64,000 bases of DNA from the human T2T-CHM13v2.0 reference genome, Homo sapiens, in NCBI RefSeq assembly GCF_009914755.1, contig NC_060943.1. One strand, 5' to 3'. Each line of letters starts with the position of its first letter. Within the stretch, counting starts at the first letter, position 1. The position numbers and the translations under genes were made by a program. This document shows positions 50,142-64,000 of the stretch, piece by piece. Below the pieces are notes generated by a model that was given only the letters and a program-made list of their open reading frames with translations, did no database searches and was not told the origin of the DNA.

Positions 50142-51895
50142 GAGGATTGCATTTTTTTTTAATTAATTTATTTTTTTTTATTGATCATTCTTGGGTGTTT
50201 CTCCCAGAGGGGGTTTGGCAGGGTCTTAGGACAATAGTGGAGGGAAGGTCAGCAGACAAACAAGTGAACAAAGGTCTCTGGTTTTCCTAGGCAGAGGACC
50301 CTGCGGGCTTCCGCAGTGTTTGTGTCCCTGGGTACTTGAGATTAGGGAGTGGTGATGACTCTTAACGAGTCTGCTGCCTTCAAGCATCTGTTTAACAAAG
50401 CACATCTTGCACCGCCCTTAATGCATTTAACCCTGAATGGACACAGCACATGTTTCAGAGAGCACAGGGTTGGGGGTAAGGTCATAGATCAACAGCATCC
50501 CAAGGCAGAAGAATTTTTCTTAGTACAGAACAAAATGAAGTCTCCCGTGTCTACTTCTTTCTACACAGACACAGCAACAATCTGATTTCTCTATCTTTTC
50601 CCCACCTTTCCCCCTTTTCTATTCCACAAAACCGCCATCGTCATCATGGCCCGTTCTCAATGAGCTGTTGGGTACACCTCCCAGACGGGGTGGTGGCCGG
50701 GCAGAGGGGCTCCTCACTTCCCAGAAGGGGCGGCCGGGCAGAGGCACCCCCCATCTCCCGGACGGGGCGGCGGCAGGGCGGAGGCGGACCCCCACCTCCC
50801 TCCCTGACGGGCCGGCTGGCTGGGCAGGGGCTGACCCCCACCTCCCTCCTGGACGGGGCGGCTGGCCGGGCGGGGGCTAACCCCCCACCTCCCTCCCGGA
50901 CGGAGCGGCTGGCCGGGCGGGGGCTGACTCCCCCCACCTCCCTCCCGGACTGGGCGGCTGGCCGGGCGGGGGCTGACCCCCACCTCCCTCCGGGACGGGG
51001 CGGCTGCTGGGCGGAGACGCTCCTCACTTCCCAGACGGGGCAGCTGCCGGGCGGAGGGGCTCCTCACTTCTCAGACGGGGCGGCTGCCGGGCGGAGGGGC
51101 TCCTCACTTCTCAGATGGGACGGCCAGGCAGAGACGCTCCTCACCTCCCAGACAGGGTCGCGGCCAGGTAGAGGCGCTCCTCACATCCCAGACGGGGTGG
51201 CGGGGCAGAGGCGCTCCCCGCATCTCAGACGATGGGCGGCCGGGCAGAGACGCTCCTCACTTTCTAGACGGAATGGCAGCCGGGAAGAGGCGCTCCTCAC
51301 TTCCCAGATTGGGCAGCCGAGCAGAGGGGCTCCTCACATCCCAGACGATGGGCGGCCAGGCAGAGACGCTCCTCACTTCCCAGACGGGGTGGCGGCCGGG
51401 CAGAGGCTGCAATCTCGGCACTTTGGGAGGCCAAGGCAGGCGGCTGGGAGGTGGAGGTTGTAGCTAGCCAAGATCGCGCCACTGCACTCCAGCCTGGGAA
51501 ACATTGAGCACTGAGTAAACGAGACTCCGTCTGCAATCCCGGCACCTCGGGAGGCCGAGGCTGGCGGACCACTCGCGGTTAGGAGCTGGAGACCAGCCCG
51601 GCCAACACAGCGAAACCCTGTGTTTGGTGGAGACCAAAAAAATACGAAAACCAGTCAGGCGTGGCGGCGCGCGCCTGCAATCGCAGGCACTCGGCAGGCT
51701 GAGGCAGGAGAATCAGGCAGGGAGGTTGCAGTGAGCCGAGAGGGCAGCAGTACAGTCCAGCTTTGGCTCGGCATCAGAGGGAGACCGTGGAAAGAGAGGG
51801 AGAGGGAGACCGTGGGGAGAGGGAGAGGGAGACCGTGGGGAGAGGGAGAGGGAGACCGTGGGGAGAAGGAGAGGGAGAGGAGGATTGCATTTTTT
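50142..51895 (-). mobile_element. Essentially full-length SVA retrotransposon, antisense in WDR62 intron 7 (subfamily uncertain, C-like)
   Basis: On + it reads poly-T, SINE-R (50180-50660), GC-rich VNTR (about 50680-51400), Alu-like region and GAGAGG hexamer end; TSD GAGGATTGCATTTTTT at 50142-50157 and 51880-51895; TTTT/AA L1-endonuclease site. Confidence 0.97.
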
Positions 51896-51924
51896 AAAAA
51901 TTGGAGGTACCATTGATTTAATAA

Positions 51925-52257
<333 letters not shown>

Positions 52258-52823
52258 TAAACTTTTAAACTAAAGCATGATCTATCGATACATTGCAGAG
52301 CTTCTTTCCTTTAGTATCTGAAGGTTTGAGTCAAAGCTGTTTTCCCATCTGGAATCAGTTGCCCATTTGGCTATCCGCCCGAGCGTTGTGGTTTCCTCTC
52401 CTGTTCCTGGCCTGCCTTTGTGACTCACTCTGGAGATCACCTTCGAGGTTAATGGCTTGTGGAAGAGTTCCAAGTTTTATCTCTGTCCTAGTTGGTTAAA
52501 CATCATTTTCTCTTTTTCAAGCAAGTGAAAAGCTTTCAATAGATAGATGTTTATTTCCTAAGCACTAAATGACTCATAAATTAAGTCCCTGTAGATTTGG
52601 AAAAACTCCTTAAACTGTATCTAGAGGTCTAGCACTTCCTAGTAGGATAGACAGTCCTTTCTAGATACTGTAACTTTTTTCTGTACCGCTTTGGAGTACA
52701 GTCTTTATGAAGTTGTTTGTAAGCAAAAGGGAATAAAATTTAAGCCTAAAGGCTGGGCGCGATGGCTCACATCTGTAATCCCAATGCTTTGGGAGGCCAA
52801 GGCAGGTGGATCACCTGAGGTCA

Positions 52824-53051
<228 letters not shown>

Positions 53052-53375
53052 TCAACCCTGTTACTACAAGTGACTTACCTGAAGTTGCAGTCTGCTGAAC
53101 AGGTATTTTCCATACACAGCTACGTTTCTCTGTAGACAGCAGTGACAATTCTGTTTCCGTTCATGCCTCTGCCTACCTGCTGGCACATGTCTTTCAATAG
53201 CAGCAGTATACTATATCCTGATTTCACAAATCTTAAAATATGCTAAAATGGGTGTCTTAGACCCAAGGAACTGTAAGTCTTCTCTGGAGGCCTAAGGCTG
53301 CTCTGTCAGTCCCCATATCCCCGGGCCAGGCCACGTGAAGCACCAAATCCACTGGGGTCCCTTTTGCCCCTACAG

Positions 53376-53536
53376 GTCTCCCTGTCTTCCTGCCTCTGTG
53401 TCAGCCAGGAGCTCATCTTCTGTGGCTGCACAGATGGGATAGTCCGCATCTTCCAGGCCCATAGCCTGCACTACCTCGCCAACCTGCCCAAGCCACACTA
53501 CCTTGGGGTAGACGTGGCACAGGGCCTGGAGCCCAG
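53376..53536 (+). CDS. WDR62: WDR62 exon 8 ([26 protein letters not shown]...GLEP)
   Basis: WD40-like [11 protein letters not shown]; AG/GTACTG boundaries; 161 nt, phase 0/2. Confidence 0.96.
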
Positions 53537-55161
53537 GTACTGCCCTGTGGGGAGAGGGAATGGGAGGGGCCCACCCAGAGTCTGTCCACTGGCATTCATC
53601 CATGCTTCCAGATCCATCTATCTGTCTGTCCATCCCACAAATACCCATCATGACTCTCAGCCCTGGGCATTACAAAGCAGAAAAGTCCTTGCCTTCCGAG
53701 GCAAGCCTCACAGTGAGAAGTGAGGCTGGGTAGGGGGAAGAAACAGTGAGAAAACAAAGGAATAATATCATTTCAGATAGCGGTCAGCATGGTGAAGAAC
53801 AGTGCAGAGCAGGTGTGAATGTGGCGGAGTGTTTCCATCCACATGGCTGACCCCTACTAAGTGGCTGCTAAGTGCCAGCCCTGGGCTGGAAGCAGGACAT
53901 GCCTATTATAATGAAGCAGCAAAATCTCTGCCTCTCTGCAGTATAGCAAGGGGGCTCGATGATAAGCAAGTACACGAAAAAGATAATTTCAATAGGCATG
54001 AGTGCTTTGGGGAACACAGCAGGGACTCGGGAAGGAGAGTGACTGGGGTGGGCTGTGCTGATTGGGTGCCTGGTGAGAAGGAGCTGCTGTGTGGAGAGCT
54101 GGGTCCCAGCAGTTGAGGTGACAGCACACTGGGCTTGTTACGTTGCAGGAATAGTAAGGGACTGTGTGGCCAGAGCCCAGTGTGTCCGGGGAGGATGGTG
54201 GGAGATGAGGCCAGTGTGGGGCGCCTGTAGTCTATCCTCAGGTCAGTGGGCAGTTGCTGGGGTTTCGGGCGTTGGGGTAAATGACCAGGCCTTACATGTT
54301 AGGTCCCTCAGCTGCTGTGTCGAGAGTGGATAGAAGCACTAGGCTGTGGCTTTCTTCTCCTTTGTTGCAAGTCTGTTTTATGGAATTGGGGGCTACCTAA
54401 CCAGGGGGTGCCAGGTGCCTAGGGCTGCCTCTTTGTGGATTTCTGGATGCTAGCTCCTGGGTGCCTTTTCCACGACAGGGCCTGAACAGGGGAACTGGGT
54501 GTCATGAAGGAAAGGAGGGGGCGAGCAACCCACAGGCAGTGTTGTGTTGTAGTAGTCGGGCTCACAGCTCTGCTGTCTTCTGTTGTGCTCTGTGACCTTG
54601 GGAAGGTGACTATACCTCCCTGTGCTTCCGTTTTCTCATGTGTAAAATACAGTACCTAGCTCTTATTGTGGTTGTGAGAATTTATTGCAGGTAAAACTCT
54701 CGGCCTGGCACAGTGTAAATGCTCAGTAAACTGTAGCCTTCATAGGGAGACCCCAGGCCAAGGGACAGCTCCCCAGCCTCCTTAGGACACAGAGGCTTTT
54801 TGATCATGCGTTGGTGAGGCCAAGAAGAGGTGGGACCTGAGATACATGCCTATTATCTTTCTATGCTCAGAGAGAGAGCAGGAGCTTGGGTTGGGTGAAA
54901 TGATGGGCGATAAATGTTCATAGGAATCAAAAACTCAATTGCTCTCGGGGCCAGGCAAAAATTTCCGGTTTGTAGCCTCTATATGAAAAGCAAAGCAGAG
55001 GAAGAGGGAAGAGGGAAAAGTAGAATTGGAGCAGGAGAGATGGATGGCCACAAATACCATGAGGGATGGCATTGCCGGGGAGGCATCTCCACTGTCACTA
55101 GAGGTGGCTGTCACTACTCAGTGACATTGATGGTGATTGATTACCCATGTGGCCTTGTTAG

Positions 55162-55351
55162 CTTCCTCTTCCACAGGAAGGCGGAAGCAGTCTACCCAGA
55201 TACAGTGGCACTGACCTTCGACCCCATCCACCAGTGGCTGTCCTGCGTGTATAAGGACCACAGCATCTACATCTGGGATGTCAAGGACATCAACAGAGTG
55301 GGCAAGGTGTGGTCAGAGCTCTTCCACAGCTCCTACGTTTGGAACGTGGAG
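55162..55351 (+). CDS. WDR62: WDR62 exon 9 ([18 protein letters not shown]...YVWNVE)
   Basis: [10 protein letters not shown]40 motif; TTAG acceptor (an in-frame alternative AG lies 15 nt downstream); GTGAGC donor; 190 nt. Confidence 0.92.
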
Positions 55352-56801
55352 GTGAGCCCCCCCCCCACCCCCTTGCCCCTGCTTGGCCTCTGCACAGTTC
55401 CCCACAGTTTGGGAACCCATTCAGTAATTCCTTCAGAAGATACTCATTGACTCCCTCCTATGCATCAGGCCCTGTCCTAGGTGCTGAGGACACAGACACA
55501 AAATCCCTGCCCTTAACAAGCTCACATTTGGATGGGAAAGGAAACCTGGAAACATCATCAGTGAATAACACGCCAAGCAGCAGTAACCCTCTGAAGAAAA
55601 ATGAGGCGGGGAAGGGGAAGGGGAATGCAGGTGGTATTCTAGAGAGGAGAGGGGTCAGGGAAGGCCTCCCTGAGGACATATGAGCAGAGACCTGCAGGAA
55701 ATCGGGGAGTGAGACCTGCAACTGCTGGGGAGAACCACAAGCACAGAGGCCCTGCGGCAGGAACATGCACTCCACAGAGAGCTTTGCTGTGGAGGTCGTT
55801 TATGTATTTCACTGCTTTTTTTAAAAAGGAGTTGAAGACGGGGCATGGTGGCTCACACCTGTAATCCCAACACTTTGGGAATCTGAGGCGGGAGGATCAC
55901 TTGAGTCCAGGAGTTTGAGACCAGCCTGGGCAACACAAGACCCTGTCTCTACAAATAATTTTTAAAAATTAGCCAGGCATGGTAGCACACACGTGTGGTC
56001 CCAGCTACTCAAGAGGTGGAGGCAGGAAGATCACTTGAGCCTGGGATGTCAAGGCTGCAGTGAGCTGTGATTGTGCCACCACACTCCCACACTCCAGCCT
56101 GGGTAACAGTGAGACCATGTCTAGAAAAAAAAAAAAAGTTTTGAAGTTTTTATTTTCTGAGAATGAATTTGTGGGTTTTTAAAAATTCTCTAAAGTTAAC
56201 CAGGCACAGTGGCTCATGCCTGTAGTCCCAGCACTTTGGGAAATCGAAGTGGGCAGATTGCTTGAGTCCAGGGGTTCGAGATCAGCCTGGGCAACATGAG
56301 GAAACCCCGGCTTTACAAAAAATACATAAAAATTAGCCAGGCGCGCCTATAGTTGCAGCTACTCGGCAGGGGCTGCGGCAGGGGGGCTGAAAATTTCTTA
56401 CTGGGAATGTTTGTCCTAGAGAAATTGGGTTTTCAGTGGCCAGATTCAGGATCGTGAGAAAGAACTTTGTCCTTTTGAATAGGCAGCATTCAGCCTATGA
56501 CTCTGGTTGAATCTGTCTGCCTTCATGGGGCTGACGTTTTTGTTGACAGCACTTTTTTTCCACTCAAAGAATGTTTTTTAATAACTTTTAAAATTCCTGT
56601 ATGAAATTTTTAAAAATTTGGGATAATAGGTGAAATATTACAGATAAGGCTACAGTCCACATTGATGACTTCCCTGCCCCCAGTTCTGCTCTCTCTCGCC
56701 CTCACCATTATCAATTTTATTATGGGTGTCTTCAGTTGATTTTCTTTGCATCTCCTTATTGTTTATGTATATAGCTGTTCAACAACAGTATCTGTGGATA
56801 G

Positions 56802-57214
<413 letters not shown>

Positions 57215-57265
57215 TGAAAATAAAAATCACACAAAAGATATGTAGAGTTTATCAATTATTGTTAG

Positions 57266-57460
<195 letters not shown>

Positions 57461-58061
57461 TAACCATGTTGGCCAGGCTAGTTTCAAACCCCTGACCTCA
57501 AGTGATCTGCCTGCCTCGGCCTCCCAAAGTGCTGGGATTACAGGCGTGAGCCACTGTGCCTGGCCTGTTAGCAGCTATTGATGCTCAGTTCCTGGACCCT
57601 TTTATTTATTGAGGGTTGCAATATGGTGATATTCTAAATCTATAATTTATTTTTATTAGTTGGACTACTTACGTGAAGAGATATTTGCTCTCATCTGCCA
57701 TTTGGTCACCCAGTGCTATACTTCATATAGGAAAGGCAGGAGAAATACTTGATTCTTTCCCTTTATTTACCAGTTTTCAAGATAATGAATTGGTTCCCTA
57801 TCCTCTAAAGGTAACTAGTTTTATTTAATATCATTATAAACTCATATATATTTAAATATATCAGATATGTTTTAATCTATTGTAATTATTAACTTTATTG
57901 GAGCTCATATCATCCCATCTTTGGCCAGTGAGAGCCTCTTAACATTGGCTCCTGAGCCCTTTGGACATGACCCTAGTATTTCTTGATAGCCACCTTGCTG
58001 CCTGGGATGCCAATATGTTCCAGTCTCATCTTGTACATTTCCTGTCACACATCAGGAATCA

Positions 58062-58509
<448 letters not shown>

Positions 58510-58763
58510 TTAAGGACACAGGGGATGGTGGAATTAGAATATCCCCAGTAACTCATTTGCTTTTTCCCACATTATACATGCAACAGTCTGAGAATGGACA
58601 ACTTTTCAATTCTGAAGATAGTTAAAACAATTGTAATGCATATGTTCTCTCTGTTCTCTCCAATTTTTAAAATAGTTATACTATATTTACAGGATCTGAA
58701 TATGTAGCCATTATATACTATAGTGTCTCCCTTTTGACCCCTGTTTATTTTGGAATGGGGAAT

Positions 58764-58775
58764 TATATATGTGTG

Positions 58776-58807
<32 letters not shown>

Positions 58808-58809
58808 TA

Positions 58810-58811
<2 letters not shown>
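58764..58811. repeat. (TA)n/(TG)n compound microsatellite
   Basis: Read directly. Confidence 0.85.
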
Positions 58812-60203
<1,392 letters not shown>

Positions 60204-60241
60204 TGATTTGCCCACCTCGGCCTCCCAAAGTGCAGGGATTA

Positions 60242-60751
<510 letters not shown>

Positions 60752-60945
60752 CTATTGGATTTGACCTTGGTCCTTTCCTGTTGTTCATTTTTATGTGATA
60801 CCAGTTTTTCTGAAATTTTAGAAGTTGGTGTGCTTCAGGACAGATTTTCCAACTACACAAGAAGAACTCTGTCTTTTCTTTTTTTTGTGGGGGTGGGGTG
60901 GCATGTTTTGTTTTGTTTTTGAAAAGGAGTCTCACTGTTACCTAG

Positions 60946-61221
<276 letters not shown>

Positions 61222-61915
61222 TGATACTTCCTTTTTGTGGTCCTCTTTATCTGTTATGTCTCTTCTTTCGTCTCAATCTCCTCTTTACTTTATTTCTTCT
61301 GTCCCTGTTGTGATTGGTCAATTTCATTTCTACTCTTAGCAGTTTCTCTTCAGTGTGGAGCTTTGTCCTGGAAGGACAAAGTTCACAGGATCTTCTCCAG
61401 TCCCTTTAGGCCTTACCCCTTGCACTCAACTGCTGTTGGGGTGGATGAAACCCTCCTACTTTCAGCTGCTGTTCAGTTTGGCCCAGTGTGCTTTCCAATG
61501 AACACCTCTTGGCTACTTTGGAATTATCCTGTTGCTGGGTCTGTCAGTTGCCTTATTACTTCTCTGTCTCCCACATGCATGCTGATGATATGTAGGTCTT
61601 GTGATTGGTGGTGGTTTGTCCCACTCACTTGTATTTTGGGGTTTATGGGAGTATTTTGTCACTGAGTTTTGCTATAAATGTTGTCTGTAGGTTTGGGTTT
61701 TGCTATCTGGTTGATGTTTTTCTTATGTCGAGATTTTGGGAGATTAAAAAAATTAATGCCGCTACTATCATCTTCCCAGTTCTCAATCTTCCGTATTTTG
61801 AAATCTCTTTATATGGTGGCTCTTTGTCCTTCTCAGCTTCATTCTAAATATCTTTAGTTTTGTCTTTCAGTTCACTTAATTTTCTCCTCAGTTATATCTA
61901 ATCTTTGGTTTTTAA

Positions 61916-62050
<135 letters not shown>

Positions 62051-62263
62051 TGAGTAGCTGGGACTACAGGTGCCTGCCACCACGCCCGGCTAATTTTTTG
62101 TATTTTTTTTTTTTAGTAGAGACGGGTTTCACCGTGTTAGTCAAGATGGTCTCGATCTCCTGACCTCGTGATCCTCCCGCCTCGGCCTCCCGAAGTGCTG
62201 GGATTACAGGCGGGAGCCACCATGCCCGGCCTATTTTTTATTTTTTTATTTTTATTTTTTTGA

Positions 62264-62404
<141 letters not shown>

Positions 62405-63250
62405 TAGCTGGGATTACAGGTGTGCACCACCACGCCCAGCTAATTGTGTATTTTTAGTAGAGACGGGGTTTCTCCATGTTGAGGCTGGTCTCAAACTCCT
62501 GACCTCAGGTGATCCGCCCACCTCAGCCTCCCAAAGTGCTGAGATTACAGGCATGAGCCACCGCGCCCGGCCAATATGTTTTTATTATTCATTTCTAGAA
62601 GCTGTTCTGTTTTGGTCTTTTTCAGCCCTGCTTGGTTAATCTTTATAATTTCTGGTTGGCTGCACACTTTTAATCTTGTCAAAATTATCTTTTAGTTCTT
62701 CAAACATATTGAATGTAGTTATTTTATATTCTGTCTGATAATTCCAATTTGGGTTTTTTTATTTTGTTTTTGGTTTGTCTGTCTGTTTGTTTTGAGACAC
62801 AGTCTCATATGTTGGCCAGAGTAGACTTGAACTGCTGGTCTCTAGCAGTCCTCCTGCCTCAGCCTCCCAAGTAGCTGGGACTACAGGCATGCGCCACCTC
62901 CCCTGATTTAATAATTCCAGTATTTAAAGTCTTGCTAGACTCTGTTGCTTCTGCTGCTTCTTGCTGATGGTACCTCGTTTTCTTTTGTGCTTAGTCATGT
63001 TTGATTGAGTTCCACATTTCCCTTGGAAGTTTATTTGAGGGTATGTGTTAAGGCCTAGGCTGAAGGTGGGACATGGATGATATATGGTAGCATTTTGTGT
63101 CCTTTTTTTTTCTTGTTTATTTTTAGCATAGAAGGTATTGCACGATACCTGTTTATCTTTAACTTACTTTTTTTTTTTCCATGAAAATGCAACAGTAAGT
63201 CATAGTGCTGTCATTGAGTCATCCTTTGCCTTGTCCTCTGGGAACTGTAG

Positions 63251-63439
<189 letters not shown>

Positions 63440-64000
63440 TAAGCTTGAATGCAGGGGCAGGAGAGAGTCTGATGGACCCTAGATGTTAGGTTCCATGAGG
63501 GCAAGAGCCGGCAACCAAGGCAGGTCCCTCTCTGCATCACTGCCTCTTGTTTCTCTTTCTCCTGCCCCCTCTCTGAGGTGGCACGCTCTATCCTCTCTGA
63601 TTCTTTGCCAGTTGGCTCCTGCTCTGCAGATGTGTGGACGTGGCCACTCCCGGCAGCCCAACACACCCAGCCCAGGTGAAATTGCTTCCTAAGTCTTGAG
63701 ATGGAATTCCCTGGGAGAGCACCTGATGAGCCAGCCCATTCAGCTGCCACACAGTGAGGCCTCACGGGGGTATGGGCAGAATGCTGGCGAGAGCCATGAT
63801 GGGAGGCTGGGAAGAAAAGTTTGCTGAGGAAATTTTGGTTAGTATTGCAAGCCCAGTGAGAGGGCGTCTCTGGGGAGCTGAGACCTGAGTCATGCATTCA
63901 TTTATTCTGCAGACACTTATTAACGTCCATGCCAGGTGCTTGGCTACATGCTAGGGACACAACAGTGACTAAGACTCTTCTGTCCTGTGGCACACACAAT

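Noticed and set aside
50644-51916. Long ORFs of 267, 127 and 117 aa
   Set aside because: They are translations of the GC-rich SVA VNTR and Alu-like region, which is poor in stop codons; no protein-family signal
56476-56525. Imperfect hairpin AGGCAG-C-ATTCAGCC-loop-GGTTGAAT-CTGTCT in WDR62 intron 9
   Set aside because: About 14 bp with wobble pairs is too short for a pre-miRNA, it lacks the IRE CAGUG loop, and it is plausible by chance

Overview
Hominoid (almost certainly human, chr19q13.12 from gene order) genomic DNA that is very Alu-rich. It holds three spliced protein-coding genes, and every exon boundary I traced is GT-AG with consistent phase. These are CLIP3 exons 1-9 (- strand, continuing off the left edge), the complete THAP8 gene (- strand, 4 coding exons, 274 aa) and WDR62 exons 1-10 (+ strand, continuing off the right edge). 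THAP8 and WDR62 lie head-to-head across a CpG-rich bidirectional promoter. Most ORFs in the supplied track are Alu, SVA or antisense artefacts. The most notable non-genic structures are: (i) a perfect 35-nt 5'-half of tRNA-Cys(GCA), ending at the anticodon and retroposed with 15-bp target-site duplications, in the sense orientation of THAP8 intron 1; (ii) a Y5 RNA retrocopy inserted into an Alu arm 2 kb away; (iii) a TSD-bounded antisense SVA in WDR62 intron 7 carrying a template-switch micro-inversion, next to an AP-1/RUNX motif cluster; (iv) an ATG-TAA start-stop element in the presumed WDR62 5'UTR; (v) a UG-repeat minisatellite abutting a candidate cryptic exon in THAP8; and (vi) an L2-derived poly(A) signal for THAP8. 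I found no evidence for a wholly new gene system; functional claims below are hypotheses.
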